This document shows, piece by piece, positions 1-13,227 of a stretch of 64,000 nt of DNA. The DNA lies in NCBI GenBank assembly GCA_965112735.1, contig OZ218956.1:2852001-2916000 (forward strand), read 5' to 3'. Below the pieces are notes generated by a model. It was not told the DNA's origin, did not search any database, and saw nothing but the letters and a program-made list of their open reading frames with translations. Source of the stretch: Phaeosaccion multiseriatum. Its lineage: Eukaryota > Protista > Ochrophyta, other classes. The translations under genes were made by a program, and so were the position numbers. How positions within the stretch are numbered: position 1 is the stretch's first letter; each line of letters opens with the position of its first letter.

Positions 1-265
1 GAGTCGATGATGGTGAAGGGAGCCTCGCGGCACCCTTTTGCTGTCTCGGCGTTGCTGCACCCTTTATCGGGTTTCATGGCTCCGAGGGCAAATAGGCGCA
101 TGACAACTTTAACCGTTACAACTTTAAGCGTCATTCTCGCCCTCCCTCCCTCCCCCCTCCCCCCTCCCCCCTCCCAATAGAGCATTATATCAAGTGATGG
201 AAACGTTGGTTTGTGTGCTTGCACTGGCACTGACACATTCCCCCGCTGCTGCTTGGCTGCTGCAG

Positions 266-1442
<1,177 letters not shown>

Positions 1443-2366
1443 TAGAACAAGAACCGCAAAGAGGGGGCAGAAACCAACGCAGCTCTCATCTACTCGGCGG
1501 AGCAAGAGAATTCGCATCATCCGGTCATGGTGAGGCTTCATGCCGGAGCCACTGCTGCGTGCCGACTACGGCAGCCCACAAAGAGACTTGAGATTTGAGC
1601 AGCAGCAACGCAGTCGCTGCGGCGCTCATAGCGACAAGCGGCGTCCCAGTGCTTTGAAACGGAGGATGCTCAGGAAAGAAACCGCACCAGCGACGAGGCT
1701 ACCACATGCACTGGCGAGCTCTTTCAACTGCACAAACCACCCAGCCGGACATTCCCCTCAGCAAAGACGGGGAAGAAGGCACTCTGTGGCTGAGCGTCGG
1801 GTGCGAAGCGAGACTAGGCGACCAGTCCGTGCGGCAAGTAGCAAGGCCCCTTGTGGTGTGTGTTTGGTGCTCTGTGAATGGTCAGCAGGGCTGTGCAGTG
1901 AAGTGAAATCGCAAGGAGGATGCTCAGGAGAAGCGAGAAGGGTCCGTCGACATAACACGAAACGGAGCACCAGACGTCGTCACAGCGCACGCAGCGCAGC
2001 ACAGACTTCGTTGTTGCAGATGCACATCTATCACACCCCCGGGGGGTCGTGGCGCTTCACGTGTGCTTGTCCGGATCGCTCCCGGATCGCTCCCTGGTGA
2101 TTCTTCTGCTGAGTGGAGGGCTAGCCTCACGGTGACGGCGCATATACCGCATCGGTTGAAGGCAGGGGCATACAGGCATTGTCTGCCAGGCGAATCGATC
2201 TGTGGACAATGTCCACTGAGGAATGGAGGCGCTGCTTCCCCGTTCGGCAATTCGTCCCATTCGATTACCGATAGTGGAATGCATTTTGGGTCTTACCACT
2301 CTTTCTATACAGTGCTGGCCCACTCTTCATTCTCAGTTCTTTGAATAACGTGAATAGAGGTGTATG

Positions 2367-3105
2367 CTACACTTGAGCAAGCAGCGCAAGCACATCTCCA
2401 GTGCTCACTACCGAGTCGTTCGAAAAATGAAGCCTCATCCTCTGCAGGGCCTCCGTGTGGCCGGCCTTGCCCCTGATGGAGCTACAAGCGTCCCCTACCA
2501 CGAAAACGTCGTACTCAACCCTGTAGAAAGCGTCTAGAGCGGTCGCGAAGACGCAGAAGTCGGTGTTAATGCCTGAGATGTACACCTCACTTACTCTCTC
2601 TTCTGCCAGCCGTCGCTGTAGCTGCGAGTTGAAGAAGGCGCTGTAATTTGTCTTCGCGACGAACTCGAGGCCCAGAGCCCGCAGCTCCGGCAAGAGCCCT
2701 AGATTGAAAGAGAGATAGCGAATGGGGAGTCGGGGGATGGGAATTTGGTCGCAAATAAGAGAGAACTGACTCCCGCAAACCTGCGCGAGGAGAGTCTGCG
2801 TGTCCGACGTCGTTGTACACGCAGCTGAGAGTCGTCTCCTTCGGGTCTTCAATCCACAAGCGGCAGTCGAAGCACGCGTTGAAGGCACCGCTCCGCGATA
2901 ACTGTTGTATATTATCTATCACCTCCCCCCTCATGTAAAGATCGCTCTCCACTTGCTCGATCGTCATGTCCACCACAAGCAAGGCTCGACGCACGGGTTC
3001 CTCTCTCTCTCCTCGGCCCGCCTCCGTCTCTATCTTGCTGCTGCCATTCTCTTCCTGCCTCATCACCCTTTCCGAACCCGCGGTTTTTTCAGGAGTAGGC
3101 TGCAT
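2367..3105 (-). CDS. Isochorismatase/nicotinamidase-like cysteine hydrolase
   Basis: Two exons (3105-2781, 2698-2367; intron 2699-2780). Motifs ALLVVDM, K..YSAFF, GINTDFCV.ATA.DA and VVGDACSS supply the Asp-Lys-Cys triad. The start codon is uncertain. Confidence 0.88.
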
Positions 3106-3384
3106 TAGGAGGAGCGGAAAGAGAAAGAGTCGGCGAAAGTCGAGAAAAGAGCCATGTAAAGGCTCTACCATTTGTGAGTCGCAACGTATTACCACCTTCC
3201 TTCCTTTCCGCTCTCTCCCCTTTTTCTCCTTCCAGTACAAGCGCTTCCCCGCCCTCTCTTGCGTGCACTTCCGTTAGTTGAAAGCGTGCGACCCTCTCTA
3301 CCAGCTTCTCCTTCGTTCCATGCCACCAGGCTCTGGTAAAAGGTAACTTTACCCGAAAGTAGGCCCGTTGAGCCACAAGGAGAG

Positions 3385-5134
3385 ATGGCATCTCGGTTGC
3401 TTCTACGGAGGCTGACGAGACTGCACCCCAGGGTCATCAGCGTACAAAGAGCAATATCCAGTCTGGACCTATCCACGAAGCACAGCAGTGGAAGAAATAC
3501 AGCCATCGACGGGGGCGGGCGAGTAGTTGTGGGCACCAGCTTCAACGTTGAAAAAAGGAGGAAGGGAAGCAAGAGCAAGAGCCGTCGCAGGGCGCTGTCA
3601 TCGACATCAGAAGCAGGAAGCGATGACACGGGGAGTTATGATCCGCGCTGGGCGGCTGCTGCCAAGAAGGAGCTGAGAGGCAAGGTTAGTCCATGCCGGG
3701 CGAAACTTCGGCCCTCTCCTCGTTTCGTGGGCCAAGCGGACCCTTGGGTGTCCCGAACCAGAGCTTCTTCCTCTCTCACCCGACCCCTTGAATTCTCTTG
3801 CTCTTCCGAACTGCCACCTCTTCTTGTCCCCCATCAACCAACACAAACACGACCTTTGATGTTGCTGCTGCTCTGGTGCTGATGCTGCCGCCTACCGTTG
3901 GGGGCGTTCTGATGCTGCCGCCTACCGTTGGGGGCGTTCTGATGCATCAGCCCATCAAAGACACCCCAACCGCCGAGGGTATTCCTCTCAAGCCTATGTA
4001 CGCCGCAGCACCCCCCTCTCCGGACGGTGCCCAGCAGCAGCAGAAGGAGCAGGAGGATGGGTACCCCGGTGTGCCCCCTTACACCAGGGGGCCATATGCC
4101 ACCATGTACACAGCGCGGCCGTGGACCATTCGGCAGTACGCAGGCTTCAGCACAGCCGAGGAGAGCAACGCCTTCTACAAGAAGAACATCTTGGCGGGGC
4201 AGCAAGGCCTCAGCGTCGCCTTCGACCTCGCCACGCACAGAGGATACGACTCCGACCATGAGAGGGTCGTGGGGGACGTGGGGATGGCAGGTGGGTGGGG
4301 GGCTGGGTCGAGCAGGCGGGGAAAGGGTTGGGTGGGTGACTGGGTGGGTGGGCGGGGAAGGGGGTGGGGTGCCATCGGGAAGTACCCTGAAGCCTTGTAT
4401 CGAAGGGGGGGGGAGTGCGTTGTCTATGTGAGCCAGCTGTGAGCCAGCCTCCATATAGAGCGGCACAGCAGATAATCGGGCTCTCCTGTCCCGTCCGTAA
4501 CCCCACCCCACCCCATGTTGACATACGTAATCGTTCCCACCCGCCCCTCCCCCTCCCCTCTGCGGCCCTGCGGCTCTTGTCTCCACAAACAGGGGTGCCA
4601 ATTGACACCGTGGAGGACATGAAGCTCCTCTTCGACGGCATCCCCCTCGACAAGATGAGCGTGAGCATGACCATGAACGGGGCGGTGCTGCCCGTGCTGG
4701 CCATGTGGGTGGTGGCGGCGGAGGAGCAGGGCGTGCGGCAGGACCAGCTCAAGGGCACCATCCAGAATGATATACTCAAGGTGGGGCGGAGCGGGGCGAG
4801 GTGGGGTGGGGTGGTGTGGTGTGGGGCAAATGATACCTAGAAAGATGGATGGGTAGAAACATGCCTGTACTCTTTGTGTGCCCCCTCTCACTCCTCTGCT
4901 CTCCTCTCCCCTCTGTCCGCTGCCCCTCTATCCTCCCGTCCCACTCACTCCTCTTCTCTCTGTCTCTGTCTCTGACGTCAATGAAATCAGGAGTTTATGG
5001 TGCGTAACACCTTCATCTACCCCCCCTCCCCCTCCATGCGCATCGTGGGGGACATCTTCGGTTACACGAGTGTGCACATGCCCAGCTACAACAGCATCAG
5101 CATCAGCGGGTACCACATGCAGGTGCGATGGGTC

Positions 5135-5181
<47 letters not shown>

Positions 5182-5712
5182 CAGAGGGGAAGGTGGAGGG
5201 AGTAGTTCGATAGTGAGAAGGAGCTAGTGAAGTGCAGGTGAGAGAGAGAGAGGTGGAGGTGTGGTTACGGAAGGATGAAGGATGGCGATATACACATCTC
5301 TCTTCTCTTTCTCAATCTCTCTGTCACACACACACACGTCTGACAATGGTCGTCCTCCCTCACCCCCCCCCCCTCTACTCTGCGTCTCCTTCTCTTTCTA
5401 TTCGCTGCTGTACAATTACCAACAAATTTCCGCTGCTGTTGACCCCCTGTATCACCACCCCCTCCTGCAGGAGGCGGGTGCGGACTCCAAACTGGAGCTG
5501 GCCTTCACCGTCGCCGACGGCCTCGAGTACCTGTCCACAGCCGTCAAGGCGGGTCTCGAGGTGGACAAGGTGGCCCCTCGCTTCTCCTTCTTCTTCTGCG
5601 TGGGCATGAGCATGTACATGGAGATTGCCAAGCTCAGGGCCGCCAGGAAGCTCTGGTACACGCTCGTCACGGAAAGATACAAGCCGAACAACCCCAAGGT
5701 GCGGTGTGTGTG

Positions 5713-5791
<79 letters not shown>

Positions 5792-6206
5792 GTGTCTGTC
5801 TATCTGTCTGTCTGTCTGTCTGTTCTGTCTGTCTGTCTGCCTGCCTGTCTGTCTCTTCTGTCTGTCTGCCTGCGTGTCTGCCTGTCTACCTGTCTGTCTA
5901 TCTGTCTATTTGTGTGTCTGTCTGTGTGTCTGTCTGTGTGTGTGTCTGTCTGCCTGTCTGTCTGTTCTGCCTGTCTGTCTGTTCTGCCTGCCTGTCTGTT
6001 CTGCTTGTCTGTCTGTTCTGCCTGTGTCTGTCTGCCTGTGCGTGTGCGTGTGCGTGTGCTTGTGGCGCCGTGTGTGTGCGTTTGTGTGTATGCGTGTGTA
6101 CACTCGTCATCTCCCTGTCTCATGTCCATCCCTGCCCACGCGCCTCTGTTTGTCACTGCCCATGTCTTTCGTCGTTGCTGTTGCTGTGCTGCCTCTCTCT
6201 CGTTCC

Positions 6207-6238
<32 letters not shown>

Positions 6239-9200
6239 TTCTCTCTGTGTCTCTCTCTCTTTCTCTCTCTCTCTCCCTCTCTCTCTGTGTGTGTCTCTCT
6301 CTCCCTCTCTCTCTCTCTGTCTCTCTCTCTGTTCTCCAGAGCGCCATTTTGCGCACGCATTGCCAAACCTCCGGCTACTCCCTGACCGAGCAGGACCCCT
6401 ACAACAATGTCGTGCGGACAACTGTGGAGGGCATGGCCGCCGTCATGGGAGGCACGCAGGTGCGGTGTGACAGTGTGGTGGGGCGTGATGTTGGGGGGGG
6501 GGGGGGGGAAAGCACAAGCGGACGGACGAGGAAGCTTCCTCATTAGACTCACAGGCTCGACGACTGGAGACTGAGTGCTTGTACTTGCGCACCACCACTG
6601 CGTCTCTTTTGCCTTTCGCAGTGCACTCGCTCACCTGCTTCTCTGCTTCCCTCCCCCCCTCTCCCTTCTTCCCTCCCTCCCTCCACCCGCAGAGCCTTCA
6701 CACCAACTCGTTCGATGAGGCAATGGGCCTTCCCACGGCGACCAGCTCAAGAATCGCTCGCAACACTCAGCTCATCCTTCAAAAGGTGAGGGGAGGGGAT
6801 GGCAGTGGATGGGGAAGGATGCGAGGGGATGGCAGTGGAGAGGGAAGGATGGCAGTGGTGGGGAGTGAGCTGAGGCTGCGGGAGTCATGAGGGACGGCAG
6901 TAGATAAGGGATAATGGGGAGGGGATGGCAGTGGATGGAGAGAGCTGAGGCGGCAACAGTCAAGACGAAAGGGTGTGCAGAAAACAGCGACCGACGGGCA
7001 TACCCTCTCTCTCTGCGTGTCTCTCACACACAACACACACGCTCTTTGTGGCTCTCTCCTCTGCTGCCCCCTTCGCAGGAGACGCTGTTGTGCTCAGTGG
7101 CTGACCCTTGGGGGGGCAGTTACATGATGGAGGCCCTGACGGATGACATGTTCGAGGGGGCCATGGACATCGTCAGGGAGGTGCGTGTATCACAACAAGA
7201 GTCAACAAGCGTTACGAGAGTGTAACGTCTATCAAGAGAAGGCGGCCTTCCTTCCTTCCCTTCCCTTCCCTTCCCTTCCTTTGCTTTGCCCAAGCACGCT
7301 TTTAGAGGGAGGTGGATGTGCGACAACGAGAGAGGAATCATCCAACCTCCCCGGCAGAGAAAGTGCCTGTGCCTCACGTCCCTTGTAACTGCCACCCCCC
7401 CCCCCCCCCACTCCTCGCGGGACGACTGACCGATCCCCCCTCCCTCCCCTCCCTCCTTCGCCCGTCACACACAAACACACACACACACACACAAGGTGGA
7501 TGAGGCAGGAGGCATGACCAAGTACATTGAGAGTGGCTCTGCCAAGCTGCGCATCGAGGAGAGCGCCCTCCGCAAGCAAGCACGCATCGACTCCAAGCAA
7601 GAGGTGGTGGTGGGGGTCAATGCGCACAGACTGCCCGAGGGATCGAAGGATGCCGACTCGGAGGTCAACGTGCTGCAGATTGACAATACAGCCGTACGAC
7701 TTGGTCAAGTGCAGCGCCTGGAGGAGGTGAAGCGAACAAGGGATGAGGCCATGGCTCAGGTGTGTGTGTGTGGGTGCGTGCGTGCGTGCGTGCGTGGGTG
7801 GGTGAGTGGATTGGGTGGGTACGTGGATGCGTGGATGGGTGGGTGGGTGGGTGGGTGGGTGAGTGAGTGTGTGTGTGTGTGGGTGAGTGAGTGGGTGTGT
7901 GTGTGTGGGGTGGCTGAGTGGGCGGGTGCGAATCCTGCCTGATGGCTTTGTGTGTGTTTGCTTTGAAATATCATGTTGGTGTGTCGGGGGAGGGATGGAT
8001 GGCAGTGGATGGATGAGAGACACACAGCACCACTATTCCCTCCTATCCGCGGCCGAGACACGATCGGTCCTTGCCCTCTCCCCGTCTGCCTAAGCGTACA
8101 ACCCCCTTCCTGTCTCACGCACTTTGTCTGCCCCACATTCCCTTCCCTTCCCTCCCCTCCCCATCCACTGCCATCAATCTTCATCCACTGCCATCCCTCT
8201 CCATCCACGACTCAGGCGTGTCTGGAGCAGCTCCGCGAGTCGGCACGCATGACTGAGTCAACAAGTGCCGGTGACCACCCCATGAACCTTCTCGGGCTGA
8301 GTATCGCCGCGGCAAGGGCGAGGTGCACACTTGGCGAGATTTCCAGGTAGGGTCAGGAGAGGGAGGGTGGCTGTGAATGAAGAAGAGGGGGAGGGGAGGG
8401 GAGGCGCGCAAGAGGTGAAGACTCTCATCACTCTCATCACACAAGCGGAGAGGAGGCGGCGATGAAGGGGGCTTGGGCTGTCGCCTCTTGTCTCCGTCTC
8501 CTGATGCCTCTGAATCGCTTCCCTCCCCTCTTTCCCTTCCCTCTCTCCCTCCCCCCGTCCCTCCCTCCCTCCCTCCCTCCCTCACTCACTCTCTCTCTCT
8601 CTGTCTCCCTCCCTCTCCCTCCCCCAACCCCTCCCTCCCTCCTTCCTTCCCTTCCTACTACCGCAGCGCTCTCGAGGACGTGTGGGGGCGCCATCGCCCC
8701 ATTTCCCAAGTCGTGAGCGGTGCCTACGGCAGCGAGTTCAAGGGGGAGGAGGGGGAGGAGGAGGGGGAGGAGAGCGGGGCCCAGCACGAATATGCAGAGG
8801 TGCTCAAGAGCGTGGGGGAGTTTGCGGAACGGGCGGGCAGGCAGCCGCGGATACTTGTCGCAAAGATGGGTCAGGACGGTCACGACCGGGGTGGGAAGGT
8901 GAGCGAGAGAGGAGTAGGAGGGGCAAGAGACGAGCCACCTCGCCCCTCCGCGCGGAAGGAGAGAGTAGAGGCGAGGGTAGAGGCGAGAGCAGAGGCAAGG
9001 GGCAGCCGCTCCACCACCCACCCCACCTCTCCATGGAGGTTTCCAAGAGGAGTGGCGAGGGATGGGGGTGAATCAGCGGCTTGAGGGGGGTGGGCGACAC
9101 CCATGAGCGACGGTCGGCGACGGTCGGCGACGGTCAGCGACCAAATACCACCGATGTCTGCCGATGCCTCGCTGTCCCCGCCTCTTCCCTCCCTCCCTCC

Positions 9201-10499
9201 CCATCCTCTGCCGTCCTCTAGCGAAGCAGCGCTAAGCCTCCCCACCCTCCCCTTCCATCCGCTGCCATCTTCTCACTCTCGCGAAGGTGATTGCCTCAGG
9301 CTTCGCTGACTTGGGCTACGATGTGGACATTGGGCCCCTGTTCCAGACACCAGCGGAGGCGGCCAGGCAGGCTGTGGACGGAGACGTGCATGCCGTTGGA
9401 GTCAGCACACAGGTGGGTGGGGTAGGGTGGGTCGGGGGAGGGGAGGGGAGGGGAGGGGAGGGGATGGCAGTGGATGGCAGGGGAGGGGAGGGGAGGGGAT
9501 GGGAGGGAGGGGGAGAGGGAGGGGAGGGAGGGGAGGGGATGGCAATGGACGGGGCGGAGGGAAGGGAACGGGAGGCGAGAGCATGCTGTGCTCGGATCTG
9601 TATCTCCCTTTCCCCTCACTGACGTGCGTTGATTGCTTGGTTGGTGTGGCTCTTGCCCTTGTCTTTTTGTGCCTTGTGCCTCTACCGCCCGCCTCCCCTC
9701 CTCGGGCCGTGCCGGTCTCGCCGCTGCTACAGGCCGCGGGGCACAAAACGCTGGTTCCAGCGCTGATTGCGGTGAGTATTGAACCAACCAACCAACCAAC
9801 CAACCACCCAACCACTCACTGACCATGTTGTGAGACGAAGGAAGGCTCTGCTCTCTGCTGCTCTGCGCTGCGTCCTCCCTTGGGGGCGATGTCCTGTCCT
9901 GCTGCTGCTGAGGGCTGTGCTTTGCCTGTCACTGCCCGTTCGATGAATTGAAAGATGCCCGTGAATATGCCCATTTGCCCGTGAATAGACCCATATTATC
10001 CTGAACGTGCCCGTTGGCCCGTGAATAGACCCATGTTATCCTGAACATGCCCATATTCCCCTGAATGTGCTCACATGCTGCCCGTGCAGGAGCTGAAGAA
10101 GCTTGGGGCCGAGGACATTGTGGTGGTGTGCGGAGGGGTCATACCCACTCAGGTGGGGCTTAGGCTGAAGATTGGCAGGCCCCTCGTCCCCCCTCATCAC
10201 CCCTACTCTGCTTCAATCGCCCCCCCCTCCCCTCCTCCTGCAATCGCCTCCCCCTCCCCTCCCCCTGCTTCAATCGCCTCCCCCTCCCCTCTCCCTGCTT
10301 CAATCACCTCCCCCTCCCCTCTCCCTGCTATCGCCTCCCCCTCCCCTCCTCCCCCCGTCAGGACTACGCCGACCTCTACTCTGCGGGAGTGGTGGGCATA
10401 TTCGGGCCGGGCACGCGCATCACAACGGCCGCCCTGGACGTGCTCAAGGCCATCGATGCCAAGCAGCAGCAGCAGCAGGGGGGGGGGGGGGCGCGTTGA
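3385..10499 (+). CDS. MMUT: Mitochondrial methylmalonyl-CoA mutase (adenosylcobalamin-dependent), ~15 exons
   Basis: Arg-rich mitochondrial-type presequence. Motifs: [122 protein letters not shown] and the B12-binding [10 protein letters not shown]. Exons begin 3385-3684, 3951-4290, 4593-4780, 4991-5122; the last ends at TGA 10497-10499. Confidence 0.97.
5701..6335. repeat. Intronic (TCTG)n/(TG)n and (TC)n microsatellite block
   Basis: Directly visible simple repeats filling the MMUT intron between ~5699 and 6339. Confidence 0.9.
9956..10356. repeat. Two intronic minisatellites in MMUT
   Basis: Degenerate TGCCCGTGAATA..CCCAT..TATCCTGAAC units at ~9956-10085, and ~27-bp CTGCTTCAATCGCCTCCCCCTCCCCTC units at ~10205-10356. 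Confidence 0.8.
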
Positions 10500-11073
10500 G
10501 GCAGAAGGCTCTGGTGCACTAGGCCTGTGGTCCCTCTGGCTCTGCTCTTGGTCGCTGGTCTCTTGCTCGTCCCAGCTTTGGTTGAGGATCCGCGACCGCG
10601 GCGAGCTCCGCTTCAGATAGAGAAGAGAGCGAGAGAGAAGAGATGGAGCAGAGAGAAACACTTTTGACTGAGCTGCCCCCACAGTTACAGAACAGTCGAG
10701 AACAAAGAAGAAAAATGAAACTCAAACTGGGCCATTCATCTTTTTCACTTTTCCACTTTTCCTTCACCCCGACAGAGAGAAATAAAAAACCGCGCCCTAC
10801 TTTTCTCTGAGAAAGCCTCCAAGTGTAGAGAATGTCTCTCCTCGCACGTCCGCTCCGCAGTGGCCTTCGCGCCAGGAATCGCCTCGGTCCGCTGGTAGGA
10901 AAAAGGGGGTCAAAAAAGAAGCCGGGGAAGGAGATGGGTTGAAAGGTTGAGAAGGTCAAGGCTCCTCTCCGCAATTTCCTCCACCCGCGTTCTCCTTGAT
11001 TCCCTATCCCATTCTTCATCTAACATCTGATTGGACTTGCGATGAACGCCGTGTGGGAATATAGGGGCAGCAG

Positions 11074-12229
11074 ATGGATGCTTTCAGGCGAAGCTTCGGC
11101 CTTGAAGACATGCTCGAAGGTACGGTTGAGCAGCGGGGCGCCAGCAACTCTTGAGCTCACAGCCTCTTCCATCTTTATCTTACTACAATACTTCAGATAT
11201 GCTGGACTGGAACGCCGAGACTGCGCGCTTCGCCATGCCTGTGCCCAAAGTGAGCTGCTCAGGTGCGTATCTTCTGTTATTGAAGGGGAGCGGAGCGGCG
11301 CCACAAAGGACTTCCTCACCCCAGACAACGTGTTCTGCCTTGTGCCTTCCTCCTCTTCGCGCTTTGGTGGCATCTTACTCTCGAACTGTATCTTCAGAGA
11401 CGGACAAGGCCGTACACGTGTCGGCGGAGCTACCGGGAGTCAAGAAGGACGACATCAAGTAAGTGTCTTTTGGCTTCGGCTCGATGCTCCGCTCAGTATG
11501 GGCTGCCTTCGGTGGACTGTTCCCCTGCTGCTCCACTCACCAAACTCTTCTGCTTCTGCTTGCTTGCTTTTGGAGCAGCGTCCACTTCGACCAAGCCTCT
11601 CGCAGACTTACCATCACGGCGGAGACCAAGGACGAGCTCGAAGAGAACGACGAAACGAAAGACCATACCTTCCACTTCTCGGATCGGTGCGTGCGTACGG
11701 GCGGGTGGGCGTGATGCTCAGGGCTCTTGTAAGCCGCCTGGCGTCTCGCTTGTCTCTTAACAAGTCCTGAGTGAAGCATATGACCTAGCGAGCGAGCGGA
11801 AGGCGTGCGTGTGACTTGGCGCGCCCCTCATTGCCCTTCCTCCCCCCCCCCCTCTCCTTGGGGTCCCTGTGCCGCCGCCACCCCCCCTGCTCTCTGCCTC
11901 CTTTTGTCGCCCGCTCCTCCGCCCTCTTTTTGCAGCGTTTTCGGGAAGGTCCAGCGGGCCTTTACCCTTCCCGAGACCGTCACCTCGGCGGAGGGCTCCA
12001 AGGCCACCTTCGAAGGGTGAGTTGTGACTTGCTGGAGCGGGTGAGGCCGAGCCACCCGCGTGCTGCGTCTCTCTCGGCCCGTTCCCCTTACACGTTTGCT
12101 TCTGTCGCTTGTTGCCTGCCTGTCTGCTCTGACTGCTTGCTTCGTGTGCCTGAAAGGGACGGAGTCCTCCGGCTGGAATTCACCAAGAGCCAGCCCTCCG
12201 CGAATGTCTCCAAGATCGAGATCGATTAG
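11074..12229 (+). CDS. Small heat-shock protein (HSP20/alpha-crystallin domain), copy 1
   Basis: Spliced product MDAFRRSFGLEDMLE/DMLDW..PVPKVSCS/ETDKAVHVSAELPGVKKDDIN/VHFDQASRRLTITAETK..FSDR/VFGKVQRAFTLPETV..KATFEG/DGVLRLEFTK..KIEID*, with a C-terminal I-x-I motif. Confidence 0.9.
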
Positions 12230-13227
12230 GGTAGGCGCCAAGAGCAGAGATCGGTAGGCGGCCCGGGGGGGGGGGGAGGGCACCGTCGGCACACAAGCTC
12301 ATCATGCCTCATGATGATGATGATCATCATCATCATCACCACAGTGCTCGGGGTTTCACGTGAAGCCTCTTGGCTGTCGTCTGGTGTTGAGGCAGAGAGC
12401 GGTGGTGCACTCGTCCGGCGATGAGGCAGCGAGGTCGTAACCGTCACCTGAGAGCGCCGGGGGGGGGCTGAGGGATGGCCTGCCGTGGGGGCAAAGGGGA
12501 GTGGCTCGGAAGCCCAAGTGTATAAGCCCAAGTGTATATCGGGGGAGGGGATGTGGAAAGGCAGAGCAAGGCAAGCGAGTAGTATGAGAAGGGGAGCGAA
12601 AAAGCACACACACACGCACACACACACACACACATTTTGGTATACTTTATTATTGGCACACGGAGTAGCGAATGAAACACAATAAGAGTAGAAATTTGGT
12701 GCACGTATCCTTACGGCCCCATCTGGTTACTGATTACGGCCGGCCGGCTGGCTGCAGCAGCCGTGCCTGATTACTGATTATGGCCGGTGTTAGCCGGGCC
12801 TGATTACCCGCACACTGTAAACCTTGTCCAGCCCCGAAAGTAGGACGAAGAGGCTCAATTCGCCTACTAGTCTCCAGACCCAAAATAGAAAGAAAAGGCT
12901 ACTAGTGGCCTGGGCTGGTCTGTCTACAACTGAAACTGGAACGAGTAAGGCAGTGAATGGACTCGACCCCGCCATGCCCCGCCATGTCAAGCCGAGCCCA
13001 GATTTTTAACCCTGCCACCCAGACGCCCCCTCTCTGTACAAAAGATGCCTTGGCAGCCCATGCGGTGGTTCCCTAACCAGTACTATGGCCAAGGTCCGCC
13101 CGCCAATCCCTTTGGGCCTCCCCCCTACGCGGTACGCGAGGCAACCACTTTTTTTTGGCATCGATGCATTGACTGACTCTCAAACCCTCTCCGCTCTTGT
13201 TCCCAGCAGCAGCAGCAGCAGCAGCAG

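Noticed and set aside
1443-2366. ORFs between convergent genes (also 38074-39096, 20598-21390 and 56570-57487)
   Set aside because: They have no recognisable motifs or consistent exon structure and are most simply overlapping 3' UTR or intergenic DNA.
5282-6552. Long overlapping ORFs (VCLS/RQTD repeats); likewise the poly-P/S/L/R ORFs at 45.8-47.0 kb and 62.6-63.4 kb
   Set aside because: They are stop-free translations of intronic microsatellites.
10801-10960. Heat-shock elements upstream of sHSP copy 1
   Set aside because: Only weak or gapped nGAAn matches, not distinguishable from chance.
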